From Myxococcales bacterium (lineage in GTDB: Bacteria > Myxococcota_A > Polyangia > Polyangiales > JAFGIB01), in assembly GCA_050118535.1 (NCBI GenBank), contig JASFKR010000002.1, positions 11,652-75,651 of the forward strand: a DNA stretch of 64,000 bases, in the 5' to 3' direction. Position numbers and translations under genes: made by a program. Of the stretch, positions 28,749-37,444 are shown piece by piece; the stretch's first letter is position 1, and each line of letters opens with the position of its first letter. The notes under the pieces are model-generated. The model did no database searches and was not told the DNA's origin. It saw only the letters and a list, made by a program, of their open reading frames with translations.

Positions 28749-29882
28749 CTACTGCGCCTCCGCGCCGCTCTGCCGCACCGGGACGTTGGCGGGGCGCTCG
28801 ATGTCGCCCTCCTTGATGGTGAAGCGGATCAGGGCCTTGAGCAGCACGTTGCGCTCCACGTTGCCCAGCACCGTCTTGAGATCCTCGTAGACCGAGGGGT
28901 CCACCACCAGCCCGCCCAGGGTGCCGCGTCCCTTCTCCACGTGCTCGACGATACGGTTGACGCGGGTCGCGGCCGTGTGGAGCTCGTCCAGGATCTTCGC
29001 CTCCTCCTCCTCGAAGATCAGGTCGTGCAGCAGCCCGTCGCCCTCGCGGACTTCGTGGACCACGGCGGCCAGCTCGGTGGCGGCCTTGCGCAGCTCCGCC
29101 ACGGTCGCCTTGCCGGTGTCGCCGTAGACCATCTCGTGGAGCATGCCGTCGCCGTGCTCGATCGCCGCGACGGTCTTGTCGATGCGCTCGGTGGCCGCGC
29201 GCATGCGCACGATGGCGATGCGCGTTTCCACCAGGATGCCTTCGATCTCGTCGGCGTACTTCTCGTCATACACGAGTCGATGGGCGACGCCGTCGCCCTC
29301 TTCCACCTCTTGCAGGATGTGGGCGACCGACTTGACGATTCGACCCACGTCGGTCCGGACCTCTTCGGTGGCCAGCTCGGCGATGGTTGCCTCCGCCGTA
29401 TCGGTCACGCGCTTGACCGCGGCCAGCGTGTCTTCGACCTGGTTGGCCAGGTGTTCCATGGATGGCGATTTGCGCGTGCCCAGGGTGGCGCCCTCCTCGA
29501 CGGGACCTGCATTGGCGCTGCCCAGGGTGATGTTGATCAGCTTGTCTCCGAGCAGGCCCTTGGAGTCGATGAAGGCCACCGAGTCCTGCCGGATGCGGCC
29601 CATGTAGCGCGACTTCACGGAGATCGTGACGCGCGCCTCCTTGCGCTGGAGCTGGTCGGGGAATTCGATGTGCGACACCGTGCCCACGTCCAGGCCGGCC
29701 AGGCGCACGGGAGCGCCTTCTACGAGGCCGTTGATGTTGTCGAAGTAGACGTAGAGCGTGGTCTTGCCCTCGAACAGGCCGCTCTTTTCTCCGATGGCGA
29801 AGATCGCCATACCGCCGATGAGCAGGGCCACAGCCAGGAAAATCCCGACGCGAATGGAGGTCTTTCGCTCGTCGGCGCTCAT
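28749..29882 (-). CDS. mlaD: MCE/MlaD-family protein with four C-terminal helical repeats
   Basis: The N-terminal TM reads IRVGIFLAVALLIGGMAIFAI. The MCE core reads YVYFDNINGLVEGAPVRLAGLDVGTVSHIEF. The C-terminus carries repeated ExGDGxLHxLVY-type units. Confidence 0.85.
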   Translation of the reverse strand: MSADERKTSIRVGIFLAVALLIGGMAIFAIGEKSGLFEGKTTLYVYFDNINGLVEGAPVRLAGLDVGTVSHIEFPDQLQRKEARVTISVKSRYMGRIRQDSVAFIDSKGLLGDKLINITLGSANAGPVEEGATLGTRKSPSMEHLANQVEDTLAAVKRVTDTAEATIAELATEEVRTDVGRIVKSVAHILQEVEEGDGVAHRLVYDEKYADEIEGILVETRIAIVRMRAATERIDKTVAAIEHGDGMLHEMVYGDTGKATVAELRKAATELAAVVHEVREGDGLLHDLIFEEEEAKILDELHTAATRVNRIVEHVEKGRGTLGGLVVDPSVYEDLKTVLGNVERNVLLKALIRFTIKEGDIERPANVPVRQSGAEAQ

Positions 29883-30646
29883 GCGGCCCTCGGATCGGTC
29901 TCCATCGCGGAGAGGAAGTCCCGCACGACCTGGTTATCGGAGTTGCGGAAGGCGGCGGTGTCGGCGACCTCGACGATGTGCTTGTCGGCGATCATGGCCA
30001 TCCGGTCGCTGACCATGAACGCGCTCGCCAGGTCGTGGGTGACCACGATGCTGGTCACCTCCAGGCGCTGATTGAGCTCGAGGATGAGCTCGCTGATGCG
30101 GCGGACGTTGATCGGGTCGAGGCCGGTCGTGGGCTCGTCGTAGAGCAGCACCTTGGGCGCCTCGGCGATGGCGCGGGCGAGGGCCACGCGCTTGCGCATG
30201 CCGCCCGAGAGCTCGGCGGGCATCTTGGCCTCGATGCCCGGCAGGCCGACCATCTCGAGCACCTCGGCGGCACGCGACGTGATCCGTTCCTCGTCGTCGA
30301 TGCCACGCTCGCGCAGGGGGTAGGCGATGTTGTCGTAGACCGTGAGCGAGTCGAAGAGGGCGCCGTTCTGGAAGACCATGCCCACCTTGCGGCGAACCGG
30401 CAGCATCTCGTCTTCCCCGTAGTTGCTGATGTCCTCGCCATCGACGGTCACGGTCCCTCGCTGCCAGCGCACCAGCCGCAGGATGGTCTTCAGCAGTACG
30501 CTCTTTCCGCAGCCGCTGCCGCCGACGAGCGTCAGCACTTCGCCCTCTTTCACGTCGAGGGTCACCCCGGCGAAGACCTGCAGCGCACCAAAGGCCAGGT
30601 GAACGTCTCGGACTCCGATGATGTTTGGCTCGCTCACTGTCCCCAT
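29879..30646 (-). CDS. mlaF: ABC transporter ATP-binding protein (MlaF-like)
   Basis: I trimmed the track ORF to the ATG at 30646 (MGTVSEPNIIGVRDV). Walker A GGSGCGKS, signature LSGGMRKR and Walker B LLYDEPTTGLD are present. Its stop overlaps the mlaD start. Confidence 0.9.
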   Translation of the reverse strand: MGTVSEPNIIGVRDVHLAFGALQVFAGVTLDVKEGEVLTLVGGSGCGKSVLLKTILRLVRWQRGTVTVDGEDISNYGEDEMLPVRRKVGMVFQNGALFDSLTVYDNIAYPLRERGIDDEERITSRAAEVLEMVGLPGIEAKMPAELSGGMRKRVALARAIAEAPKVLLYDEPTTGLDPINVRRISELILELNQRLEVTSIVVTHDLASAFMVSDRMAMIADKHIVEVADTAAFRNSDNQVVRDFLSAMETDPRAA

Positions 30647-31446
30647 CCCGTCGCGATGAAGAGCTTGGTCAGGAAGAAGTCGCTGACCAGGGTCACCACC
30701 GAGGTGATGACCACCGTCTTCGTCGTGGATCGCCCCACGCCCACGGTGCCGCCACGCGTGTTCATGCCCAGATAGCACGCCACGATGGCGATGTTGAACG
30801 CGAAGAAGACCGTCTTGGTCATGCCGGAGATGAAGTCCTCGACGGTGGTGGAGCGCAGGGCTGCGTTGATGAAATAGCTCGCGCGGACATCCGGCTCGAG
30901 AGCCGCCACGCCGGCGCCGGCGAAAACGCCCAGGACCACCGCCAGGGAGCTCATCAGCGGCAGGACCAGCACGGTGGCCAGCACGCGCGGCACGACGAGC
31001 TTCTTGACCGGATCGGCGCCCAGCGCTCGGATGGCGTCGATCTGCTCGGTGACCTTCATGGAGCCGAGCTCGGCCGCGATGCCGGCGCCCACGCGCCCGC
31101 CCACCATCAACGCCGTCATCACCGGGCCCAGCTCCCGGGCCAGCGTTACGCCGACCGCGTTGCCCACCCACTCCTTGGCGCCGAAGCGGGCGAGCTGCAC
31201 CGTGAACTGCACGGTGATCACCATGGAGGAGAAAATCGCCGTCAGGATGACCACGCTCATGGAGCGCACCCCGATCGACTCCATCTGTTCGATCAGCGTG
31301 CGCAACCCCAGTGGTCGGCGCAGGGTCTGGCGCACGACCTGGGCGCTGAGGACTCCCACCCCGCCGAGGGTCTCCACGGCGGTGACCGCACGCTCGGCCA
31401 GGAGCGTGGGCGAAAAGAGGTCGGCAAGAGCGCTCGGTCGGCTCAT
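30634..31446 (-). CDS. mlaE: MlaE-family ABC permease
   Basis: I trimmed the track ORF to the ATG at 31446 (MSRPSALADLF...). Conserved MlaE stretches are ARELGPVMTALMVGGRVGAGIAAELGSMKVTEQIDAIRALG. Confidence 0.9.
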   Translation of the reverse strand: MSRPSALADLFSPTLLAERAVTAVETLGGVGVLSAQVVRQTLRRPLGLRTLIEQMESIGVRSMSVVILTAIFSSMVITVQFTVQLARFGAKEWVGNAVGVTLARELGPVMTALMVGGRVGAGIAAELGSMKVTEQIDAIRALGADPVKKLVVPRVLATVLVLPLMSSLAVVLGVFAGAGVAALEPDVRASYFINAALRSTTVEDFISGMTKTVFFAFNIAIVACYLGMNTRGGTVGVGRSTTKTVVITSVVTLVSDFFLTKLFIATGWGQ

Positions 31447-31535
31447 CGGGAAGGCCCTCGAGCGGATTGTGGCACGGCGCGGTGGCGGCGCACGAATCGA
31501 CTGGTTGCAGTCACATGGTAACTTTGCGAATGGGG

Positions 31536-33035
31536 TTAGCCGGCGCGCTCGAGGGTGACCCGCACCCGGGTGCCGACGCCGGGCTCGGAGCTGACCTGGA
31601 TGCTTCCGCCATGGCGATCGACGATGCGCTTGACGATGGTGAGGCCCAGCCCGCTGCCCGCTTCCTTCGAGGTGACGAAGGGCACGAACAGTCGATCGGC
31701 CACCTCCGGCGGGATGCCCGGACCGTCGTCTTCCACGCTCAGCTCCACGCGAGCGCTGCTGGTCGGCTCGCAGGCCAGCTTGATGCGCCCGTGTCCGCGC
31801 GCCCGCATGGCATCGAGGGCGTTCATGATCAGGTTGACCAGCACCTGCTTGAGCATCGAGCGGTCGCCGCGCACCGCGAGCTCCTCGTCGCTGATCCGAC
31901 GCGTCAAGCGGACCCCGGCGGCGCTCGCGGCGGGCTCCTCGAGCGCGATCACCTCGTCGACCAGCGCGCACAGGCGCACGTCCTTGAGCTCCAGCTTGCG
32001 TGGTCGAGCCAGGTTGAGGAAGTCGTTGAGCAGGTTGGTCAGCCGGTCGAGCTCCTCGCGAACGATGCGTGCGCGGCCCTCGATTCGTTCACGCGCGTCG
32101 GCGTCCTGCAGCTTGCGCGCCCCGCGGCTGAGCAACTCGAGCTGCAGGGCCGCTGCGTTGAGGGGGTTGCGTATCTCGTGCGCGAGTCCCGCGGTCAGGG
32201 TCGCGATGGAGGCCATGGCCTCCGCCTCCGCAGCGCGCCGCTCCAGGTCGAGCTGATCGGTGAGATCCTCGCCCACGGCCAGCAGAGTGGGCGCGCGCAC
32301 ATCGGCGGCCGTGGAGCGGGTGATGTTCCAGCGCACCGTGCGCGTGGTGCCCTCGCGCGTGCGCAAGGGCAGCTCGATGCCGGTGACCGCCTGGTCGTTG
32401 CGGGCCTTTTCCAGGGCCTCGTCCAGTCTTTTCCGGGCGGCGTCCGATCCCAGCAGCTGGATCAGCGGTCGGCCGAGCACCTCGTGGGGTGGCCAGCCGG
32501 TGCAGGCGGCGGCCGAGCGGTTCCACATCCGGACCTCGCCGGCTTCATCGAGGGCCACGATATACGCCTCCGAGCTGTCGACGACGTTGCGGTGGAGGGC
32601 CTCGGAGCGGGAGAGCTCGCGCTCCAGCCGGGTCCGGTCGCGACGCAACTGCACCTGGCCCAGGGCGCGCTCCCCCAGCGACAGCAGCTCTGCCGGGTCG
32701 AAGGGCTTCTGCACGTAGGCGAAGGCCGCCTGACCGACGGCGGCGATCGCCGTATCGAGCGTGGCGTTGGCGGTCATCAGAATGATCTCGGCGTCCTCGC
32801 AGCGCGCCTGGAGTCGGGCGGCGATGTCCACCCCGCTCTCGTTGGGTAGGCGGATGTCGACCACGGCCAGGTCGAATGGGCGCTGCTCGGCGGCGGCGCA
32901 GGCCCCATCGCCGTCGCGCTCCACGTGGGTCGAGTATCCGGCGCCAGCGAAGAGCTCGGCCACGTTCTCGGCCAGATCGGCGTTGTCGTCGACCACGAGC
33001 ACGTGCTGGGGGCCAGGCGGTACGCTTCCTGCCAT
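31536..33035 (-). CDS. Hybrid sensor: N-terminal receiver + PAS + histidine kinase
   Basis: ATG at 33035 (MAGSVPPGPQHVLVVDDN). REC domain with FDLAVVDIRLP; PAS region ...YIVALDEAGEVRMWNRSAAACTGW; H-box HEIRNPLN; ATPase G-boxes DDGPGI and GSGLGL. Confidence 0.9.
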   Translation of the reverse strand: MAGSVPPGPQHVLVVDDNADLAENVAELFAGAGYSTHVERDGDGACAAAEQRPFDLAVVDIRLPNESGVDIAARLQARCEDAEIILMTANATLDTAIAAVGQAAFAYVQKPFDPAELLSLGERALGQVQLRRDRTRLERELSRSEALHRNVVDSSEAYIVALDEAGEVRMWNRSAAACTGWPPHEVLGRPLIQLLGSDAARKRLDEALEKARNDQAVTGIELPLRTREGTTRTVRWNITRSTAADVRAPTLLAVGEDLTDQLDLERRAAEAEAMASIATLTAGLAHEIRNPLNAAALQLELLSRGARKLQDADARERIEGRARIVREELDRLTNLLNDFLNLARPRKLELKDVRLCALVDEVIALEEPAASAAGVRLTRRISDEELAVRGDRSMLKQVLVNLIMNALDAMRARGHGRIKLACEPTSSARVELSVEDDGPGIPPEVADRLFVPFVTSKEAGSGLGLTIVKRIVDRHGGSIQVSSEPGVGTRVRVTLERAG

Positions 33036-33100
33036 CCGCCTATCAAAGCACACCGGAGGCCGGCGCGGCAGCACCCTTTCACGGCCCTTGCAGCCCGGTG

Positions 33101-33112
33101 CCCACCGGTGGG
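33101..33112. promoter_or_regulatory. Perfect 12-bp palindrome in the 94-bp divergent intergenic region between the two sensor kinase genes
   Basis: CCCACCGGTGGG read directly. It overlaps a second inverted repeat, CCGGTG-cc-CACCGG. Confidence 0.35.
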
Positions 33113-33129
33113 ATTCTCGGCGTGCAGGC

Positions 33130-34287
33130 ATGGACGAAGAGCTCTTCGACGAGATGAAGCGCTACGTGGGCTTCGGGGGCGACGACGAGGCGCTTCTGCG
33201 CGATGCGGGACCGCTACTCGAGCCCCATTTCGCACGCGTGGTGGACGACTTCTACGGGCGCGTCGAGCGCCACCCGGGGGCGCTGGCGGTGATCCGGGAG
33301 GGGCAGGCGCAGGTGGATCGCCTCAAGAAGACGCTGATCCGCTGGCTTCGGGAGTTCTTCGAGGGGCCGTGGGATCAGGCCTACTTCGAGCACCGCGAGC
33401 GCATCGGACGCATGCACGTCCGCATCCAGCTCCCGCAGCAGTACAACTTCACCGCCATGAACGTGATTCGCGGCCATCTCACGGACCTGGTCGCACGGCT
33501 GACCCCCGACTCGTCCCTGGCGGCGCGCAGGGTCCGCGCGATCGATCGGCTGATGGATCTGGAGCTGGCGATCGTGCTCCACACCTACCGCGAGGATTAC
33601 GACTCCCAGCTGCAGCGGACCGAGCGGCTCGCCACCTTCGGCCAGATGACCTCGACCATCGGGCACGAGCTGCGCAACCCGCTGGGGGTGATCGAGTCGT
33701 CGGTCTACCTGCTGCGCCGCCGCGTGGGCGAGGACCCGGCGGTGGTGCGGCACCTGGACAAGATCCAGGGCCAGGTGGCTCGCTCCAACCGCATCATCGG
33801 CAGCATGCTCGACATCGTGCGCGACAGGCCGCCCAACCGCGGGCGGGTGCTACCCGTCGTGGCTGCCGATCGTGCGGTGGCCGACGTGCTCGAGCGCCGC
33901 GGCTTCGGCGTCGAGCTGGTGGCCGAGGCGAAGGTCGCCCCCGTGCTCGTCGACCCGCAGCAGCTCCACCAGGTGCTGGTGAACCTGCTGGACAACGCCG
34001 TGGACGCCATCGGCGGGGAAGGGCGCGTCCGCGTGCGCGTCGGCGCGGCGGGCGCAAGCCGCGTGGCGCTGGTGGTGAGCGACTCCGGACCCGGCATCCA
34101 CCCCGACGTCCGTGCGCGGCTCTTCGAGCCCCTGGTCACCACCAAGGACGCGGGGGTGGGGCTGGGCCTGGCACTGTGCCGCAAGCTGGTGGATGCGGCT
34201 GGCGGGACGCTCGACGTGGTGTCCCCTGGGCAGGACGATCTCCCCGGCGCGGTCTTCCGGGTGACGCTGGAGCGGGCGCCCGAGTAG
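33130..34287 (+). CDS. Globin-coupled sensor histidine kinase
   Basis: ATG at 33130. The N-terminal sensor-globin pattern reads VVDDFYGRVERHP...RLKKTLIRWL...HRERIGRMHVRIQLPQQYNFTAM, with a distal Tyr and a proximal His candidate. H-box HELRNPLG, then DSGPGI and GVGLGL follow. Confidence 0.8.
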   Translation: MDEELFDEMKRYVGFGGDDEALLRDAGPLLEPHFARVVDDFYGRVERHPGALAVIREGQAQVDRLKKTLIRWLREFFEGPWDQAYFEHRERIGRMHVRIQLPQQYNFTAMNVIRGHLTDLVARLTPDSSLAARRVRAIDRLMDLELAIVLHTYREDYDSQLQRTERLATFGQMTSTIGHELRNPLGVIESSVYLLRRRVGEDPAVVRHLDKIQGQVARSNRIIGSMLDIVRDRPPNRGRVLPVVAADRAVADVLERRGFGVELVAEAKVAPVLVDPQQLHQVLVNLLDNAVDAIGGEGRVRVRVGAAGASRVALVVSDSGPGIHPDVRARLFEPLVTTKDAGVGLGLALCRKLVDAAGGTLDVVSPGQDDLPGAVFRVTLERAPE

Positions 34288-34372
34288 AGCCATCGCGCGA
34301 TTCCGTGCGAGCCGACCGGCATCCTGGCCCGGAGGGTGGCAAACACCGTGCGGGCGGTTACGTCCGCATCAG

Positions 34373-34786
34373 ATGACCGAAGCCCGGGACGACACCGTCG
34401 GCGCGTGGATGACGCCGTGCCCCGTGACCGTCGCCTTCGACGCCAGTCTGGCGGAGGCGGCGGAGCTGATGGGAGAGCATGCCGTGCGGCATCTGCCCGT
34501 GGTCCGGGATGGGCACGCGGTGGGCGTCCTGTCGGATCGGGACATCGCGGCGGTGGAGAGCCTGCCCATCCAGGGGGATCGGGAGGTGCGCGTGGCGGAG
34601 GCGATGACGCCGGTGCCCTACGCCGTGCCCGCCTCCATGGCCCTGTCGCGCGTGGCCCGGATGATGGCTCGGCAGCACTACGGCTGCGCCGTGGTCACCG
34701 GCGCGGACGACGACCGGGTGCTCGGGGTCTTCACGGTGACCGACGCGCTTCGGGCCCTGGCCGAGGTGGCCGTGGGCAGGCGCTGA
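34373..34786 (+). CDS. CBS-domain pair protein
   Basis: Two CBS repeats are present: VRHLPVVRDGHAVGVLSDRDI and GCAVVTGADDDRVLGVFTVTDAL. Confidence 0.85.
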   Translation: MTEARDDTVGAWMTPCPVTVAFDASLAEAAELMGEHAVRHLPVVRDGHAVGVLSDRDIAAVESLPIQGDREVRVAEAMTPVPYAVPASMALSRVARMMARQHYGCAVVTGADDDRVLGVFTVTDALRALAEVAVGRR

Positions 34787-34819
34787 GCCCGGCTCGGCGA
34801 GTCGGCAGCCGGCGCGGGC

Positions 34820-35542
34820 TCACATGGTTTCGAGGCCGGCGCGGTCGACCAGGGCCACGCCCTCGGGGGTCTTTTCGACCAGCCCCTGCTTGCCGAAGTC
34901 GCGCATCACCCGGCAGACCGATTCGTGGCGGATGGACAGCAGGGCAGCGAGGTCGCGCTGCAGGAACTCGGCGGGGATGATCGTGGTCTGCTCGTCGCCG
35001 GGCCGCAGGGTGTCGGACAGGGTGCAGAGCAGTGCCGCCACCTTGGCGGCCGCGCCCGAGCGCCCGCGGGCGTCGGCCAACCGCTCCATGCGGCTGATGG
35101 CTTCGCTGTCGAGCTGATGGACCTGCACCGCCGTGGGGCCGCCTTCGTTCAGGCCCCGCTCGATGGTCGCGTCGTCGCACAGGCAAACCAGGGCGCGCGT
35201 GACGGCGTAGCCCGATACGCTGCTCTCTGCGGCGCTCGACGAGTCGAGCGGGAAGCAGCACCCCGGTCCGACCGCGTCGATTGCGGTGGTGCGGCCGGCG
35301 GCGTCGGTGCGCTGCCGGATCAGGTAGCCTCGGCGGACGATCGCGAATCCGTAGCGGCCGAGCCAGGAGGCGGGCAGGTCGGAGCGCGCCTCCACGGCCA
35401 GGGAATCAAAACCGCAGGCCGCCGAGCCTTCTCCGAGCAGGCCTTCCAGCACGTTCCGACCCAGCGCCGGACAACCGACGCAATGTTGCGATGAGGTGTG
35501 CTTGTGAAGAACTCGACCGGCTTCGCTGCTGTTGATGTCCAC
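34820..35542 (-). CDS. Crp/Fnr-family transcriptional regulator with N-terminal Cys residues
   Basis: The GTG at 35542 lies 8 nt after GGGAGG. The C-terminal HTH reads QRDLAALLSIRHESVCRVMRDFGKQGLV. The N-terminus carries QHCVGCPALG plus further Cys (AACGF, GPGCCF). Confidence 0.7.
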   Translation of the reverse strand: MDINSSEAGRVLHKHTSSQHCVGCPALGRNVLEGLLGEGSAACGFDSLAVEARSDLPASWLGRYGFAIVRRGYLIRQRTDAAGRTTAIDAVGPGCCFPLDSSSAAESSVSGYAVTRALVCLCDDATIERGLNEGGPTAVQVHQLDSEAISRMERLADARGRSGAAAKVAALLCTLSDTLRPGDEQTTIIPAEFLQRDLAALLSIRHESVCRVMRDFGKQGLVEKTPEGVALVDRAGLETM

Positions 35543-35579
35543 GGCGTGCACCTCCCACTGGTGTGAGATCAGGTAGACA

Positions 35580-35601
35580 CCAGTTGCCTCAGCGCAACTG
35601 G
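35580..35601. promoter_or_regulatory. 8-bp perfect inverted repeat upstream of the Fnr-like gene
   Basis: CCAGTTGC-ctcagc-GCAACTGG lies 38 nt upstream of the proposed GTG start, in the divergent intergenic region. Confidence 0.3.
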
Positions 35602-35696
35602 CGGTGGGCCGATTGCGCGGCCGCACCCGGGAGTTACGTGGCTGAAGCCGGGGGGGCCCCAGCCGGGCCCCCGATGGCCGCGCCAGGGGACGAAAG

Positions 35697-35912
35697 ATGA
35701 GTGTTTTCAAGCTGGTGAACGAACATGTGGATGCGCTCCTGAGCGCTGCGCAACAGGCTGGGCACGATCGTGAGGCGGTGGCCCGCGCCCTTCTGGATCG
35801 GGTCATGGGGATCTACAGGGAGTCGCGCGGGGTCGCGGACATCCGCTGCGAGCTCGACTTCATCTCCGAAACCCTCGATGACGACGAGGAGTATCCGTTC
35901 ATGAGGCCTTGA
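35697..35912 (+). CDS. Small acidic hypothetical protein (71 aa)
   Basis: The ATG follows GGGGACGAAAG. The composition looks coding, but I recognise no motif. Confidence 0.4.
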   Translation: MSVFKLVNEHVDALLSAAQQAGHDREAVARALLDRVMGIYRESRGVADIRCELDFISETLDDDEEYPFMRP

Positions 35913-36009
35913 TCATCGTCTCCTGCGCCTGCGATCGAGGCATTTTTCCCGGATTTTCAGTGGTTTAGCTTGCATGCCGGGAGGGAGGCCTTAGGTTGAT
36001 CTCAGACAA

Positions 36010-36858
36010 ATGAAGTGGTCGTACCGAATCGGCACGTTTTTCGGCATCGACGTGCGCGTGCATCTGACGTTCCTGCTCCTGTGGGCCTGGCTCGGCTGGG
36101 GAGCGTACGCCGACACGGGCAGCATGGTTTCGGCGATGCTCGCCATGGGGTTCGTGGCTGCCCTCTTTCTGTTCGTGACCATGCACGAGTACGGGCACGC
36201 GCTGACGGCCGCCCGGTTCGGGATCAGGACGCGCCAGATCACGCTCTATCCGATCGGCGGCGTGGCCATGCTCGAAAGCATGCCGCGCTCGCCCCGTGAG
36301 CAGTTGCTGGTCGCCCTCGCAGGCCCCGCCGTTAATTTCGTCCTCGCGGCCCTGATCGCGGGGCTGATGGTGGCTCTCGGCGTCGATCCGTTCAGCCCGG
36401 AGCTGGGCTCCGGCTCTCGCGGCCTGCTGGGGGCGCTGCTGTGGGCGAACCTGGTGATGGGCACCTTCAATTTGTTGCCCGCGCTGCCGATGGACGGCGG
36501 GCGCGTGCTGCGAGCGCTTCTCGAGCTGCGCATGGGGCCCCTGCGCTCCACTCAGGTTGCGGGCCGCGTGGCGGGGTGGCTGGCCCTGGTCATGGGCCTG
36601 TTCGCGCTCTACTCGGACCACATGATGCTGCTCGCCATCGCCGCCATGGTCTGGATGATGAGCCGCATGGAGGTGGCCATGGCGCAACGGCAGGCCGCGG
36701 CCCGGGCCATGTCGCAGCAGTTCGACCACGCGCTTTGGGGCAGCGCCCCCGGGGGCCCGGTGCCGCCCGCGCGGTCGCCGTCGACGACCCAGGGGATGCG
36801 CGTGGTGGCCGAGGTGGTCGACACCCCGGACGGACCGCGCATCCGCTACCTGCGCTGA
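36010..36858 (+). CDS. Site-2 protease family (M50) membrane metalloprotease
   Basis: The HExxH motif HEYGHAL lies in a TM helix. The downstream NLLPALPMDGG motif is present. It is a multi-pass membrane protein. Confidence 0.85.
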   Translation: MKWSYRIGTFFGIDVRVHLTFLLLWAWLGWGAYADTGSMVSAMLAMGFVAALFLFVTMHEYGHALTAARFGIRTRQITLYPIGGVAMLESMPRSPREQLLVALAGPAVNFVLAALIAGLMVALGVDPFSPELGSGSRGLLGALLWANLVMGTFNLLPALPMDGGRVLRALLELRMGPLRSTQVAGRVAGWLALVMGLFALYSDHMMLLAIAAMVWMMSRMEVAMAQRQAAARAMSQQFDHALWGSAPGGPVPPARSPSTTQGMRVVAEVVDTPDGPRIRYLR

Positions 36859-36862
36859 CCGG

Positions 36863-37444
36863 TCAGCTCTCGAGGTCGTCGGCCAGGGCCTCTCGCATGC
36901 CCTTCGGCAGGTCCAGCGACACCTGGTAGAGCGAGTGCGTGACTTCCAGCGCCGCGGGCACCGCCTCGTCGCGCAGGGCCGCGGCCTGGTCCGCCCCCAC
37001 GTCGAAGGTCAGGTAGTTCACCGCCGGGATGCGATCCATCTCCTCGCCGTGGTGCACGTAGAAGCTCGCGGTGAAGCGCCGGTCGCCGATTCGGAGATGC
37101 AGGTGCTCGCGCACGTCCGCGAGCTTCGTCAGCATCTGCCGCCGCTCGTCGGGGTCGTCGTACTCGATGAAGTGGGTCGCGGAGAGCTGGCCCGGCTCGG
37201 GAATCAGCTCGTTGTAGGTCTCGAGCTCGTGGGCGATGGCCTTCTCGTCGCTGATGCGCTCGGTACGCAGCATCTCCTGGATCTGCAGCAGCATCGTGTC
37301 GTGATTCTCGAACGTGATCGACATGTGCGCGCCCAGGTTGGCGCGCCGATTCTTCTTCATCTCGATCACGCGTGCACGGAAGTGGTTGCGGATCTGCTCG
37401 TAGCCACCCAGGTCGAGCAGCTCCGAACGGTCGACTTTCTTCAT
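36863..37444 (-). CDS. DUF3501-like protein
   Basis: The ATG at 37444 ([34 protein letters not shown]...) shares an ATGA overlap with the upstream Fe-S gene. From memory, this family co-occurs with rubrerythrin and HdrD-like genes. Confidence 0.65.
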   Translation of the reverse strand: MKKVDRSELLDLGGYEQIRNHFRARVIEMKKNRRANLGAHMSITFENHDTMLLQIQEMLRTERISDEKAIAHELETYNELIPEPGQLSATHFIEYDDPDERRQMLTKLADVREHLHLRIGDRRFTASFYVHHGEEMDRIPAVNYLTFDVGADQAAALRDEAVPAALEVTHSLYQVSLDLPKGMREALADDLES

